Shown piece by piece: positions 17,356 to 28,683 of a DNA stretch of 64,000 bases; within the stretch, counting starts at the first letter, position 1; each line of letters opens with the position of its first letter. Below the pieces are notes generated by a model. That model was not told where the DNA came from and searched no databases. It worked only from the letters and a program-made list of their open reading frames with translations. The position numbers were made by a program, and so were the translations under genes. The stretch covers positions 1 through 64,000 of the IMG/VR virus record IMGVR_UViG_3300017971_000274; one strand, given 5' to 3'. The DNA comes from an uncultured virus (IMG/VR IMGVR_UViG_3300017971_000274) (Duplodnaviria > Heunggongvirae > Uroviricota > Caudoviricetes).

Positions 17356-19674
17356 ATGCAAGCCCAAACTCAGGAAGCTCAGCCCCGAGTTTTGTATATG
17401 CCAGTTGATATCAAATACATTAGAAAGAGGGACGGCGTAACACTCCAGTCTTTTGACGAGGGTAAACTACGTAGCGCCATTCATTCAGCCTGGGTGAGTG
17501 TCAAAACTCCTGAGAACGGGGAACTACCCTCTTCGGACACAAGGTCTATTTCGGGGGTGGTTAAGACAGTTTTAAACACCATAGGGGAAGAGGTTGTGGA
17601 CGTTGAAATCGTCCAGGACGCTGTTGAGACCTCTCTTATGAGGCATAAGGAGTTCGCCGTAGCCAAGGCGTACATTCTCTATCGCCATCAGAGGCAAGAG
17701 CTTAGAGAGCTACGAGCCAAGGCGGTGGACCCACGAGGGTTGGCTGATTATATCCATGCCAGCAAGTATGCCCGGTACCTGCCTAACAAGAAACGGCGTG
17801 AGGTGTTCTCAGAGACCGTGGCGAGAGTCGAGAAGATGCACCACGACCGGTTCCCGGAGATGCGTGAGGAGATCAAAGAGGCATTCGACCTTGTTCGTAA
17901 AAAGAAAGTTCTTCCGTCGATGAGGTCGATGCAGTTCGGCGGCAAGGCGGTGTTAGCTAACAACAACCGTATCTACAACTGTAGTTTCACGTTGATCGAC
18001 CGTTTCGACGCTTTCTCGGAGGCCCTGTTCCTACTCCTGTCTGGGTGTGGTGTGGGCTACTCCGTCCAGTTTGATCACATCGAGAGGTTGCCGTCCGTCA
18101 AGTATATAGACGCGAAGAAGGTGGTCCATCATGTGATAGGAGACAGCATCGAGGGGTGGGCCAACGCTCTGAAGGCTCTATTACAAAGTTACCAGGATGG
18201 TGTGAACATCGAGTTTAGTTATCACCTGATCCGTCCGGCTGGTTCGCCGCTCGCAACTTCCGGGGGTCGTGCTCCAGGGCACTTGAAGCTCAAAGAGTCC
18301 TTGGAATGTGTCCGCTCTGTGCTATCGGCCGCCCAAGGTCGTAAGCTTCGGCCCATCGAATGTCATAGGATTTTATGTCACTCCGCCGACGCTGTGTTGT
18401 CGGGTGGTATCCGTCGGTCGGCCATGATCTGTCTGTTCTCTTTGGACGACAGTGAAATGATGTACTCCAAGACCGGAAACTGGTACGAGAAAGACCCTTG
18501 GTTTGCTAACGTTAACATCTCCGTGGCCTTGAAGCGTGACGAGGTTCGTAAAAAGCAGTTCAAGCGAATCTTCCAGATGACCAAACAGTGGGGTGAGCCT
18601 GGGTTCTATTTCACGAACGATTACGACTACGGTACGAATCCGTGTGGCGAGATAGGGATGAACCCGAAGCTCGAAGTCGATTCTAAGTTGAGGGCGCGAC
18701 TCAAGAAGCAAGGTGTCTTCGTCAAGGTAGGCGACGTTTACACCGGCTGGGCTTTTTGCAACCTTTGTGAAATCAACGCTGCCGAGTTCACGTGTTACGA
18801 GGACTTCGAGACGGCAGCGAAAGCAGCCACACTCATTGGAACCTTACAGGCTACTTACACGGAGATGCCTTATTTGGGCTGGGTCTCGGAACAACTCTCG
18901 AAACGCGAAGCTCTTCTGGGAATTGGTATGACCGGTATGCTGGACGCTCCGGATGTCGCCTGTAACCCGGAGTACCAGAAGAAGGTGGCGCTCAAGATCA
19001 AGAAGTGGAACGCTGAGTACGCCAAACGTCTTGGAATCAATTCCGCTGCCAGGACGACTTGTGTGAAACCCTCCGGTACAACTTCTCTTGAGTTGGGGTG
19101 CGTCGGCTCCGGGCACCATGCTCACCATGCGCGTAGGTATTTCCGCCGTGTGGTGGCTGACGAGTTGGAGCCAGTCTTCCAAGCCTTCAAGGCCGTCAAT
19201 CCTCATATGTGTGTCCGCAAGCCGGACGGCAAGTGGGTTGTGGAGTTCCCGGTTGAAGCTCCTCCTCAGGCTATTATCAAAGAGGACCTTACCGCCGTTC
19301 AGTTCCTCGACATGGTGAAGTCCACTCAACAGAACTGGGTCATCCCTGGCACGGCAGAGGAGGCCGTCTCCCCAGGCTTGAATCACAACGTTTCTAACAC
19401 GGTCACAGTCTGCCCAGAGGAATGGGACGGTATCGCTGATTACCTATGGACGCACCGTAACTTCTTCACGGGCGTTTCCTTACTCCCGGTCAGCGGGGAC
19501 AAGGACTACGCATTCAGCCCCAACGAGGCCATCACCACACCGGCAAACGAGAGAAGGTGGAACAACATTCTGCGGAAGTACGAGCCAGTCGATTACAAGT
19601 CTTTGATAGAGATCGACGACACCACTGATGTGAAGATGGAACCGGCTTGTGCGGGCGGTACCTGTTCCATATAG
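17356..19674 (+). CDS. nrdJ: class II (B12) ribonucleotide reductase with N-terminal ATP cone
   Basis: IRKRDG ATP cone, YNCSF, TNPCGEI, CVKPSGT, C-terminal CAGGTC. Confidence 0.9.
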   Translation: MQAQTQEAQPRVLYMPVDIKYIRKRDGVTLQSFDEGKLRSAIHSAWVSVKTPENGELPSSDTRSISGVVKTVLNTIGEEVVDVEIVQDAVETSLMRHKEFAVAKAYILYRHQRQELRELRAKAVDPRGLADYIHASKYARYLPNKKRREVFSETVARVEKMHHDRFPEMREEIKEAFDLVRKKKVLPSMRSMQFGGKAVLANNNRIYNCSFTLIDRFDAFSEALFLLLSGCGVGYSVQFDHIERLPSVKYIDAKKVVHHVIGDSIEGWANALKALLQSYQDGVNIEFSYHLIRPAGSPLATSGGRAPGHLKLKESLECVRSVLSAAQGRKLRPIECHRILCHSADAVLSGGIRRSAMICLFSLDDSEMMYSKTGNWYEKDPWFANVNISVALKRDEVRKKQFKRIFQMTKQWGEPGFYFTNDYDYGTNPCGEIGMNPKLEVDSKLRARLKKQGVFVKVGDVYTGWAFCNLCEINAAEFTCYEDFETAAKAATLIGTLQATYTEMPYLGWVSEQLSKREALLGIGMTGMLDAPDVACNPEYQKKVALKIKKWNAEYAKRLGINSAARTTCVKPSGTTSLELGCVGSGHHAHHARRYFRRVVADELEPVFQAFKAVNPHMCVRKPDGKWVVEFPVEAPPQAIIKEDLTAVQFLDMVKSTQQNWVIPGTAEEAVSPGLNHNVSNTVTVCPEEWDGIADYLWTHRNFFTGVSLLPVSGDKDYAFSPNEAITTPANERRWNNILRKYEPVDYKSLIEIDDTTDVKMEPACAGGTCSI

Positions 19675-19677
19675 GAA

Positions 19678-19923
19678 ATGGATTTAGGGACTCTCTTAGA
19701 AGGCGTCATCGAGTTGGACCCGATGACGGGGCGTATGGTTCTCCGGGTTCCCCAGGAGGATGGTACGAACGAGTTCGTCGATATCCAGGAACGCTTGGAG
19801 ACATACAAGGGAGAGGAGGTTCGGTTCATCTTGACACCTCTCCGGACGATAGCCGAGATAGCCGAGATGGTGGAAAGCGGCGAAATTCCTCCCGAATTGG
19901 CTCCTGTGCTCAAAAAGTCTTAG
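19678..19923 (+). CDS. hypothetical protein
   Basis: ORF between nrdJ and the ligase. Confidence 0.7.
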   Translation: MDLGTLLEGVIELDPMTGRMVLRVPQEDGTNEFVDIQERLETYKGEEVRFILTPLRTIAEIAEMVESGEIPPELAPVLKKS

Positions 19924-19952
19924 GTGTAGCCGGGCATGGGTGTAGTACCGGT

Positions 19953-21869
19953 ATGGACTTTTTTGATCTAATTTCTCAACCGTCCGCCGAACGTGCCTCC
20001 GAGTTAGAGGCCAAGATCAAGAAGGCGCGGCACGATTATTACAATGGAACTCCGACAGTCTCGGACGATGTTTACGACGCCTGGGTAGCCGAGTTAGCCG
20101 AAGTCAAACCCGACAGCGACGCCGTAACCGCCGTTGGAGCTACCCCGGTCTCTGAATGGGAGAAGGTCGAGCACTCGATCCCCATGGGGTCCCTGGACAA
20201 CGTCAAGACCATCGACGAACTGACCTCCTGGCTTTCGGGCACTGGCGAGTCCCAGACCGCTCCGTTGATGACTTCGGAGAAGCTCGACGGCATCTCGATC
20301 GCCGTGGACTACGTCAAAGGCGAGTTGGACAAGGCGGCGACTCGTGGCGATGGTAACATCGGAGAGGATATCACGGTCAACGTCTCCAAGATGGAGGGTG
20401 TCAGGGGGAAACTACCCAGAAGCTTCACGGGGACGTTGCGTGGTGAGATCATCTTGAAGAGAAGCTACCACGCCAAGTATTTCCCGGAGAAGGCCAACCC
20501 CAGAAACGCCGCCAGCGGTATTGCAAGACGCTACGACGGCCAGGGTTGCGAACACTTGAGCGTCAAGTTTTATCAGGTGGCCGACGGACAGGACTTCGAG
20601 ACTGAGGCCGACCAGTTCAAGTGGCTCGAAGACCACGGTTTCGATACCCCCAACTGGTACGTGACCGCCATGGTGCCGGGCGTAAGGACGCCTCAGGATC
20701 TGTGGTTGGAGTATCAACAGTTCAAGCGAGACGAACTCGATTACGACATCGACGGTCTCGTGGTCCGCATCAATAACATGGCCGCGCAACTGGCTCTTGG
20801 AGAGAAAGACAACTGTCCGAGAGGCGCGGTCGCTTTCAAGTTCGCGGCGACGACCAGGGAGTCGGTCCTTCAGCGTATCGAGTGGCAGGTCGGGGGAACC
20901 GGCCGTATTACGCCCGTTGCCATCTTCCGGCCGGTCAACATTCTGGGGGCCGAGATCACGAACGCCAGTCTTTACAATGTGGCCTACATCCGGTCGCTGG
21001 GCCTGGACGTGGGCGCAACCATTATCGTGTCTCGTGCTCAGGATGTGATTCCACGTGTTACTGAGGTGGTGAAAGGAGTGGGTACGATCGCCAACCCACC
21101 CTCCGAGTGTCCCGCTTGTGGTACGTTAACGGAAGCGGCCGGGGAGTATTTGATCTGCCCCAACGCGGACGGGTGCCCCGCTCAGTCGGTCGGCCGGATC
21201 AAACGTTACGTGGCGGCTATGGACATCAAGGAGTGGGGCGAGACTCTTATCGAGAAACTGGTCTCTTCGGGTCTGGTCAAGGACGTGTCCGATCTCTACC
21301 GGCTGACGGATATGCAGTTAACCAATGTCGAGCGGATGGGTAAGAAATCGGCTGCCAAGGTCATCAAGACCCTCTGGGTCAAGAAGAAGGTTCCGCTGGA
21401 GACGCTTCTTGGCTCTCTGTCTATCCCCCTGTGTGCTTCGAGCACTATCAAGATGGCTATGGACGCCGGGTACGACACCTTCGACAAGCTCAAGGCGGCC
21501 AGCATGAGCCAGTTGTCGGGTGTCGAAGGGTTGGGGCCGGTGAAGGCTCAGGCTCTTCACACGTGGCTCCAAGAGGAGAGTGAGGTCGTTGACAGACTCC
21601 TTTCACTTGGCGTCGAGATCGAGGCGAAGATCCAGGGCACCCTTACCGGTAAGAGTTTCTGTTTCACTGGCGCGTTGAGCAAGCCTCGTCCCACGTTCGA
21701 GAAGATGGTCAAGGACGCTGGCGGAGAGGTGAAGAAGTCGGTTGGCAAGAGACTGAGCTATCTGGTTATGGCCGATCCTAACTCCAATACCTCAAAAGCT
21801 CAGGCGGCGCGTAAAAATAACACCAAATGCATCTCGGAGGCCGAGTTTTTGGCTATCCTCGAAGGGTAG
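19953..21869 (+). CDS. ligA: NAD-dependent DNA ligase
   Basis: EKLDG, TRGDG, NPRNAASG, Zn finger, HhH repeats, BRCT; start reassigned to ATG 19953. Confidence 0.95.
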   Translation: MDFFDLISQPSAERASELEAKIKKARHDYYNGTPTVSDDVYDAWVAELAEVKPDSDAVTAVGATPVSEWEKVEHSIPMGSLDNVKTIDELTSWLSGTGESQTAPLMTSEKLDGISIAVDYVKGELDKAATRGDGNIGEDITVNVSKMEGVRGKLPRSFTGTLRGEIILKRSYHAKYFPEKANPRNAASGIARRYDGQGCEHLSVKFYQVADGQDFETEADQFKWLEDHGFDTPNWYVTAMVPGVRTPQDLWLEYQQFKRDELDYDIDGLVVRINNMAAQLALGEKDNCPRGAVAFKFAATTRESVLQRIEWQVGGTGRITPVAIFRPVNILGAEITNASLYNVAYIRSLGLDVGATIIVSRAQDVIPRVTEVVKGVGTIANPPSECPACGTLTEAAGEYLICPNADGCPAQSVGRIKRYVAAMDIKEWGETLIEKLVSSGLVKDVSDLYRLTDMQLTNVERMGKKSAAKVIKTLWVKKKVPLETLLGSLSIPLCASSTIKMAMDAGYDTFDKLKAASMSQLSGVEGLGPVKAQALHTWLQEESEVVDRLLSLGVEIEAKIQGTLTGKSFCFTGALSKPRPTFEKMVKDAGGEVKKSVGKRLSYLVMADPNSNTSKAQAARKNNTKCISEAEFLAILEG

Positions 21870-21888
21870 GTTGGTGTAGATAAGCCCG

Positions 21889-24069
21889 GTGGGATACTAC
21901 CGTGGCTGTATCAAAAAGGTGTTCTTCGGCGGGGACTCTCCCTACCACGCCTTCTCCTTTAAGGTCTTGGAGGCCAAGGGCGAGGAGCGTCGTCCCCGTA
22001 ATGTCAAAGTGTCGGGGTACTTCTTCGGTATCGAGAAGTTGATCGAAGGAGCGGTTCTGGAAATTTCAGGGGAATGGGAAATCCACCAGAAGTATGGCTT
22101 GCAATACAAGGCGTCGGGTTGGCAACCTTGGGCCAGAGACGAAAACGAGGTCCGCTTCTTCTTGGGTAATTGTGTCAAGGTGTTCGATAACTGGAAGGTT
22201 CTGAGCAAAACAGTCCAGGTGTTTGGAACCGAAACCTATGATGCCCTGTTGAACGGGCATGATTTGAGCGCGGACGAAGAAGAAGAGGAGGTGTTGAGAC
22301 TGGCGTGTACCCGTTGGCGGCGGATTCGCGGTGAAGCCACGCTGGCCGAGTTCCTTCGCAAACACGGCCTGTCGGCAACGATGGTGGCCCAGATATTCAT
22401 GAAGTTTGGAGAAGACTCGATAGATATCATCCGGGACGATCCGTACCGCTTGATGGAGATCGAGGGTTTCCCCTTCCGGCAAGTTGACACTCTGGCCATG
22501 AAAAGAGGTTTTCAACTTGGCGACCCCAGGCGCATCAAGGGTGGTGTTCTTTGGACTCTTCGAGAACAGACTTACCAGGGACACCTATTCGCGAGGCGTG
22601 GTGATATCGCGGAACTCATGAACGTCGTAGCCGCCTCTAATGGTGTAGCGCCATTCGATGCTACGGATCTCCCCCGCGAAGTTACCAAGGCTATAGAGGA
22701 ACTGGAAAGGGATGAGAAGGTAAAGGTGGACCCTGGTGTGGGTGTCTACTTGCCGGATATGTATCTTTATGAGCGGGAGGGGGCGTCGTTACTCACACAG
22801 TTCTTGTCCCCGTCTGAGTTGGTTATCGATGTCGGAATCTTTCTTCGGAACTATGAGTCCGTCAACAGTATAACGTTATCCGACAGACAGCGAGAAGCCA
22901 TAGAAAGGCTCATAGCAAACAGGGTGTTGGTTGTGACAGGGGCACCGGGGACGGGGAAGACGACGTTGATCCGTGCCTTTGTCCATCTGTTCAGACAGTT
23001 GGGGGTAAGTTACAACCTTATGGCACCCACGGGGATCGCCGCAAAGCGTCTGGCGGCTGTGACGGAAGACAGCGCCTCAACTATCCATCGGGCATTAAAA
23101 TACGACGGCTTCCAGTGGTGGCACAACAGGCACGAACCGTTACGGACTCAAGCTATTATCGTCGATGAATGCTCGATGGTTGACCAAGGTTTGTTTTATC
23201 GTCTCCTGGACGCTTTGGAGTCGGAGACGATGATTGTCCTGGTCGGAGACGACGCACAGCTTCCGTCCGTCGGACCTGGAAATGTGTTGAGAGAACTACT
23301 GTTGTGTGAGGCCGTCTCCCACGTCAGGTTGGAGCACGTGTTCCGACAAGCTGAGACGAGTGACATTGTAAAGGCTGCCCACCGGATCAGAGCCGGAAAG
23401 ACGCCTTTAGACCTTCCGGTCAAGGAACAAACTGAGTTCCAATTCCGGGAGATATCCGAGGAGCGCCAGATTGCGGGGCTTATCGTTAAGATGGCCGCCA
23501 AGCTCAAGGGGCGCGACGCCAATTTTCAGGTGTTGTCTCCTAAGTACGAAGGCGTTGTCGGGGTCAACAATCTGAACAATCTTTTGCGAGACGAGTTAAA
23601 CCCGGACAAAGGTCAGGCGCGGTGGAGCCTCCCCGAGTTTCAAACACGGGTGGGCGACCGGCTCATGGTTATCAAGAACAACTACGAACTCAATGTCTAT
23701 AACGGAGACATTGGCAAGTTAGTGGCTATCAAAAAGGATAGTCTCACCCTTCGAATCCATGGGGTTGGGAACACTCCGGACACGAACGTTGAAGTCCCCA
23801 AGGACGAAGCTAGATTGATGCTCAAGTTGGCGTACGCGGTAACGGTACACCGTTGCCAGGGAGAAGAGTTCGAGACCATAATCTTACCCCTAGTACGGAG
23901 ACAGGGGCGTATGTTGCAAAGAAATCTGTTCTATACGGCAATAACACGGGCCAGGAATAAGGTGTGGTTGTTAGGACAGTCAGACGCTGTGTTAAAGGCT
24001 GTAGCGAACGACAAGGTGGTTCAACGCAACACCATCTTTCGTGATCTGGTGGGGAGTGAAAATGGCTAG
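21889..24069 (+). CDS. recD2: RecD2-like SF1B helicase
   Basis: [40 protein letters not shown]. Confidence 0.92.
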   Translation: MGYYRGCIKKVFFGGDSPYHAFSFKVLEAKGEERRPRNVKVSGYFFGIEKLIEGAVLEISGEWEIHQKYGLQYKASGWQPWARDENEVRFFLGNCVKVFDNWKVLSKTVQVFGTETYDALLNGHDLSADEEEEEVLRLACTRWRRIRGEATLAEFLRKHGLSATMVAQIFMKFGEDSIDIIRDDPYRLMEIEGFPFRQVDTLAMKRGFQLGDPRRIKGGVLWTLREQTYQGHLFARRGDIAELMNVVAASNGVAPFDATDLPREVTKAIEELERDEKVKVDPGVGVYLPDMYLYEREGASLLTQFLSPSELVIDVGIFLRNYESVNSITLSDRQREAIERLIANRVLVVTGAPGTGKTTLIRAFVHLFRQLGVSYNLMAPTGIAAKRLAAVTEDSASTIHRALKYDGFQWWHNRHEPLRTQAIIVDECSMVDQGLFYRLLDALESETMIVLVGDDAQLPSVGPGNVLRELLLCEAVSHVRLEHVFRQAETSDIVKAAHRIRAGKTPLDLPVKEQTEFQFREISEERQIAGLIVKMAAKLKGRDANFQVLSPKYEGVVGVNNLNNLLRDELNPDKGQARWSLPEFQTRVGDRLMVIKNNYELNVYNGDIGKLVAIKKDSLTLRIHGVGNTPDTNVEVPKDEARLMLKLAYAVTVHRCQGEEFETIILPLVRRQGRMLQRNLFYTAITRARNKVWLLGQSDAVLKAVANDKVVQRNTIFRDLVGSENG

Positions 24070-24790
24070 GGAAATTTATGTAAGCGTTGACGTGGAGTCA
24101 GATGGGCCTATTCCGGGTCCTAACTCTATGTTGAGCTTGGGAGCCGCTGCATACCAGTTGGATGAAACTCTGGTGGACACCTTTTCAGCCAACTTGAAGA
24201 CCTTGGAGGGGGCGTCCGGGAACCCTGAAACGATGGCTTGGTGGGAAACACAACCCGAAGCCTGGAAGGCGTGTAGAAGCAACCCAGTAGCCCCTCAATC
24301 GGTCATGCTACGTTTTACCGAGTGGTTAAATCGTTTGCCTGGAAAACCTGTTTGTGTTTGTTACCCGGCGGGGTACGATTTCACTTTCGTGTATTGGTAC
24401 CTGATCAAATTTACGGGGAAAAGCCCTTTTGGTTTTCAGGCTCTCGATATCAAGACCCTGGCCATGGCCGTTCTTCGGAAACCCTTTCGAGAGACGAGCA
24501 AAAGAAATATGCCGAAAGAGTGGTTCGAGGGTTTACCAAAACATACCCACAAAGCCGTGGACGACGCGATCGAACAAGGAGCCTTATTCTGCCGGATAAT
24601 GGAGGTTTGTGCCCCCGTCGCCAAGGAGCTAATCGCGGTGGGGGGTGAGAAGAGCAGACGCGACAAACAAGTCGAGACCGCGACCCGGCTACAGCTTATC
24701 CAGGCGGTGAAAGAGTGGCGCGACGCCGATATGTCCGTGGATCAACTTCTTTTTCGTTTGCAAACAACGCCCATAAAAGCACCAGTGTGA
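24062..24790 (+). CDS. DEDDh 3'-5' exonuclease
   Basis: VDVESDG, YDF, HKAVDDA. Confidence 0.85.
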   Translation: MAREIYVSVDVESDGPIPGPNSMLSLGAAAYQLDETLVDTFSANLKTLEGASGNPETMAWWETQPEAWKACRSNPVAPQSVMLRFTEWLNRLPGKPVCVCYPAGYDFTFVYWYLIKFTGKSPFGFQALDIKTLAMAVLRKPFRETSKRNMPKEWFEGLPKHTHKAVDDAIEQGALFCRIMEVCAPVAKELIAVGGEKSRRDKQVETATRLQLIQAVKEWRDADMSVDQLLFRLQTTPIKAPV

Positions 24791-24814
24791 GTCATCGGTG
24801 GTGTAGATGGGGGG

Positions 24815-25642
24815 ATGCTCACCGAGGATCGTGTAGACGCCATCTTCAAGGAGATGGATTCCTATATCTTGGAGTTGGAAAGCGACCCGGCATCTCTGGG
24901 TCCCCAGTATTTTCAAAACGTCATAGCCACGTGCCGGAATTACCTGAACGCGGTTGGTTTGGTAATTTCTGAATTGAACCGGGAGAAGCTAGAGGTCAGT
25001 AGCGAGCTTCGGAAGTTAGAAGCAGCCTACGCTCTAGAGCACGACAATCTGTTGGCTAATAACGAGCGCGTTCGGTTTCTTGCCAGCGTGGAAGACCGTA
25101 AGGCCACTGTCGGTTTCATGCTCCGTGAGGAACAACAAGAAATCAACAAACTGAAGGACCGGATGCACCAGTTGGACGCGGTCTACAAGGTGGTGAATTA
25201 CCGCAACAAAGAGTTACACGCGACGATGACCGCCATCAAGGACCAGCGTCGGTTGATCCAGATCGAAATCGATTCCGGGTCTTTTTACGGGGACGAGCGG
25301 ACGGGTCGAACAAAGGCGAAAGGGATTCGATCGCCTTCTGGCGGGATGGCCCTGGATGATTTGAACGAAGAGGAACTGGCGAACATGTTGGACGAGCCTG
25401 ACGAGGAGGCCGATGAAGGGGAAGAAGAGTCGGGCGAGCCAGAGCCGGATGTAAAAGAGTCAGAAAAAGAACCCGAGAGCGAGGAGACTTCGGAGGTAAC
25501 AGAAGAAGATGTCGCCCAATTTCTCGACTCCCCCGCAGAAGGGGAACCACAACCCGTAGTGGAAGAGAAGTCGTCTGACACTACGGGTAACGGCGATGCC
25601 GAAAAAGTGGAAGACGTTTTGTCTCTTTTGGAGGAACTGTGA
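24815..25642 (+). CDS. coiled-coil protein with acidic tail (possible recombination mediator)
   Basis: Helical N-terminus, acidic tail, recombination context. Confidence 0.6.
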   Translation: MLTEDRVDAIFKEMDSYILELESDPASLGPQYFQNVIATCRNYLNAVGLVISELNREKLEVSSELRKLEAAYALEHDNLLANNERVRFLASVEDRKATVGFMLREEQQEINKLKDRMHQLDAVYKVVNYRNKELHATMTAIKDQRRLIQIEIDSGSFYGDERTGRTKAKGIRSPSGGMALDDLNEEELANMLDEPDEEADEGEEESGEPEPDVKESEKEPESEETSEVTEEDVAQFLDSPAEGEPQPVVEEKSSDTTGNGDAEKVEDVLSLLEEL

Positions 25643-25816
25643 ATTGTTTTGTATCCCTGGTGTAGAGGCTCCTGACAGGCTTGGAAACCCTATACCATTA
25701 GGCTCATATAGATACCTCTGGAGATGGTCCTCAAGTCTGTCAGCTAACGAAACTGTCGTTTCTAACCTCCTACTTGATAATTTGTGGTTGGAGCGACCCT
25801 AAAAAAGAGGAAAGCC

Positions 25817-26707
25817 ATGTCAGACGATATATTTGATATTGATGGGTATTCGTACGAGGACGATGTTGCTCTCGACGCTGACGAGAGAGACGTTGCGGGG
25901 ACCAAACAAGAGTGGTTGAAAATGACCTCCAAGGGTCAGACCATTCGATGTGCTTTTGTCTACTTCTACACTTACGAGTCGAACGCCATTCGCGCTGCCA
26001 TCAAGGCGGCTCGTAAGGAGGAGGGCGACAAGAAGCCGACTCGTGAAGAGATAGTGGCTGTGGGTAAGAAGGCGGTAGAAGCCCGCGCCAAGGAACTGAG
26101 CAAGAGTGTGGACGAGCTATCTCCGACTGAGTTGTTGGATGTCTCCGTCTCGCACTTCAAGGTCATGAAGGCCCACTACCAAGAGGGTCTTGGGTACGTA
26201 CTTTCTCGTCTGGGTAAGGATGGCCCGGAAGACGACGCCATCTGGAAGCGGCTGCCGGAACCCAAGACGTATTTCACCACCCTTCTGTTGATCTACCCGA
26301 CGACGGACGAGGGCCAACTCAACAAGGAGGCTCTTGGAAAGCAGATCAAGGACGGGAAGCTGAAGCTCATCCCGTGGCGTTTCAGCACTCGCGTCTATGA
26401 CGATATCTGGAAGCTCAACGACGGTCTCCGGGAGAACAACCTTTCCCTGGCTTCCCAGGACATCAGGCTGGAGTGTAAGGTTGTGGAGTTCCAGAACATC
26501 TCGCCGTCCGCTGCCGGACCGGCCATTTGGCAGAAGAACGATACGTTCAAGAACGCCGTGTTGGCCCAGGCGCTTCCCATGTACGAGAAGTTGATCCCGT
26601 TCCGTGAGATGACCACGGATCAGCTTCGGACCAAGCTGGGGCTTGGCGGCTCCGCTACCGAAGACATTTCGTCGGATAGCTTCCAGGACATGCTCGACCA
26701 AGTGTGA
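25817..26707 (+). CDS. putative single-stranded DNA-binding protein
   Basis: SD GAGG, aromatic-rich core, acidic C-terminus, beside RuvC/RecA; function inferred. Confidence 0.5.
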   Translation: MSDDIFDIDGYSYEDDVALDADERDVAGTKQEWLKMTSKGQTIRCAFVYFYTYESNAIRAAIKAARKEEGDKKPTREEIVAVGKKAVEARAKELSKSVDELSPTELLDVSVSHFKVMKAHYQEGLGYVLSRLGKDGPEDDAIWKRLPEPKTYFTTLLLIYPTTDEGQLNKEALGKQIKDGKLKLIPWRFSTRVYDDIWKLNDGLRENNLSLASQDIRLECKVVEFQNISPSAAGPAIWQKNDTFKNAVLAQALPMYEKLIPFREMTTDQLRTKLGLGGSATEDISSDSFQDMLDQV

Positions 26708-26736
26708 TCGGGGGCGGGTTTTCCCGTCATTTGCTC

Positions 26737-27381
26737 ATGATCACGTTAGGTCTTGATCCGTCCCTTACCGGCTTCGGCTGGTGTATCCACAACTCTGTGG
26801 TTGTGGGTAAGGATCGTGTTTTCGCGAAAGGCCGTTGGTCCACGTCACCGAAGACCATTTGGGTAGAACGTTACGTGACCTTGCGCCGGGAGCTACAGGA
26901 CTTGTTGGACCAGTATCTGTTAATCGAGAACGTGGGCGTGGAGTCCCCTCCCTTCGGAGAATTGTGGAGTGAGGGGCTTTACGCCCTGTTCCTGGTGGTC
27001 AACGAGGCTATCTGGAGTCGGCGCAAGGACGTGGTGTACTTCGATCCCGGTACTCTCAAGATGCTGGCGAAAGAAGACCCCAAGATACGAAAAGGAAAGA
27101 TGTTCAAGTCCGATATGGTCGAAGCTGCCAGAGCGGATACGGGGATCACAAGGTGGAACTCTGACGTGGCGGACGCCTACCATGTCGCCCGGTTCGCCGC
27201 CAGATTTTGGAAATTGTTGCGGGGTGAGATTGGTGTAGACGACTTAACTCCGTCCGAGTATCAGGCTTTTGCCAAGATCCACACGTTCAAACGTGGCAAG
27301 CGTAAGGGGCAAACCATCATGAAGGGCGCAATGTTTAAAGAGAACCAGAGGTACTTTAGGTTCTCGCTACTTCCAAAGTGA
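26737..27381 (+). CDS. RuvC-like Holliday junction resolvase
   Basis: LGLDPSLTGFGW, VGVE, DVADA. Confidence 0.8.
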   Translation: MITLGLDPSLTGFGWCIHNSVVVGKDRVFAKGRWSTSPKTIWVERYVTLRRELQDLLDQYLLIENVGVESPPFGELWSEGLYALFLVVNEAIWSRRKDVVYFDPGTLKMLAKEDPKIRKGKMFKSDMVEAARADTGITRWNSDVADAYHVARFAARFWKLLRGEIGVDDLTPSEYQAFAKIHTFKRGKRKGQTIMKGAMFKENQRYFRFSLLPK

Positions 27382-27387
27382 GGAATT

Positions 27388-28683
27388 ATGGCAAAGAAAG
27401 CCAGTAAGAAAAAGCTTGTTAATCCGACGGCGGAGGCGGTAGCCAAAGCCAGAAGGACCATCCTCAAGGCGACTAAGCAGAAGCCGTTGTCACCTACCGA
27501 TGAGCCGTTACCCTATGTGTCTACGGGTTCTTTCCCTGTGGATATGTTGATCGGAGGCACTCCGACCAAGGATGGGAAGGGCCTGATTTGTCCTGGTTTC
27601 CCCCGGCGTCGGATCACGGAGTTATATGGTCCTGAGTCCAGCGGCAAAACCACACTCCTTATCCATAGTATGATCGAGGCGCAAAAGGCTGGTGGTTCGG
27701 CCATGTTCATCGATTTCGAGCACTCTCTGGACCACAGCTACGCCAAAGCCTTGGGTCTGGACTACGACGAGGACAAGTTGTTGGTCTACCAGCCGGACTC
27801 CATGGAAGAGGGCTTCAAAATGATGTTCGTGGGCATCGTGGCGGGCATGGATGTCGTCGGGGTGGACTCTGTGGCTTCGATGGTCCCCAAGGACGAGATT
27901 GTGAAGGGCTTCGACGATGCAGCTAAAATCGGCGCTGTCGCGGCCAAGTTCTCCAACGCTCTGCCGAAGTTTGTCATGTGGCTGCGGAAGTACCCCCGTT
28001 TGCCTGACGATAAGGACACACCAAACCCTGATCATCCAGGCACAGCCCTGATCCTTGTCAACCAGACCCGTGCGTTGATTCAGACGAGTGGGGGTTGGGG
28101 CGGTGGCGGTGACTCTGAGAACACAAGCGGAGGCAAGGCTATCAAGTTCTTCGCGTATCTGCGTTTGCGTACGGCCCGTATCAAGTCCGAATTCGTCGAG
28201 CGTAAGGATCAGCTTAGTGGTAAGAAGCGGCGGTTCCCTTACGGTAACGTCACGGATGTCAAAGTGGTCAAGTCCAAGCTCGACGCGAAACAGGGACACT
28301 CGACCCAGATGTTCATTCGGTTCGGCGTCGGCATCGACGATTACCTTTCGATCATTGAGACAGGGGTCGTCCAGAAGCTGATTAAACGGCAAGGAGCTTA
28401 TTACACTCTGGGAGAACAGAGGTTCCAGGGTAAGGAGAAGTTCCGCCAGTTCCTGATCGACAACCCCAAGGTTTTCACGGCGCTAAGGGATAAGTTGGCT
28501 CAGGCCGTTAACGCTTCGGGCGTGGATGCTGGGTCCGACCTCGACGAAGAAGACGAACTGATGGAAGGGTTCGACTTGGAGAGCGATAGCGTGGACGATG
28601 AAATCGTCGCAGAGGTTCAAGAAGCTATCTCCGAGACCGAGACCGAAATAGAGATAGAGAGCGCCGAAGACAGCGGTGCTTAA
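27388..28683 (+). CDS. recA: RecA recombinase
   Basis: GPESSGKTT, FIDFEH, VDSVA, NQTR, SGGKAIKF. Confidence 0.95.
   Translation: MAKKASKKKLVNPTAEAVAKARRTILKATKQKPLSPTDEPLPYVSTGSFPVDMLIGGTPTKDGKGLICPGFPRRRITELYGPESSGKTTLLIHSMIEAQKAGGSAMFIDFEHSLDHSYAKALGLDYDEDKLLVYQPDSMEEGFKMMFVGIVAGMDVVGVDSVASMVPKDEIVKGFDDAAKIGAVAAKFSNALPKFVMWLRKYPRLPDDKDTPNPDHPGTALILVNQTRALIQTSGGWGGGGDSENTSGGKAIKFFAYLRLRTARIKSEFVERKDQLSGKKRRFPYGNVTDVKVVKSKLDAKQGHSTQMFIRFGVGIDDYLSIIETGVVQKLIKRQGAYYTLGEQRFQGKEKFRQFLIDNPKVFTALRDKLAQAVNASGVDAGSDLDEEDELMEGFDLESDSVDDEIVAEVQEAISETETEIEIESAEDSGA

Noticed and set aside
19647..19952. N-terminal extension of the ligase ORF
   Set aside because: Overlaps nrdJ and gene 19678-19923; ATG 19953 follows a GGTGTA motif and precedes the ligase domain
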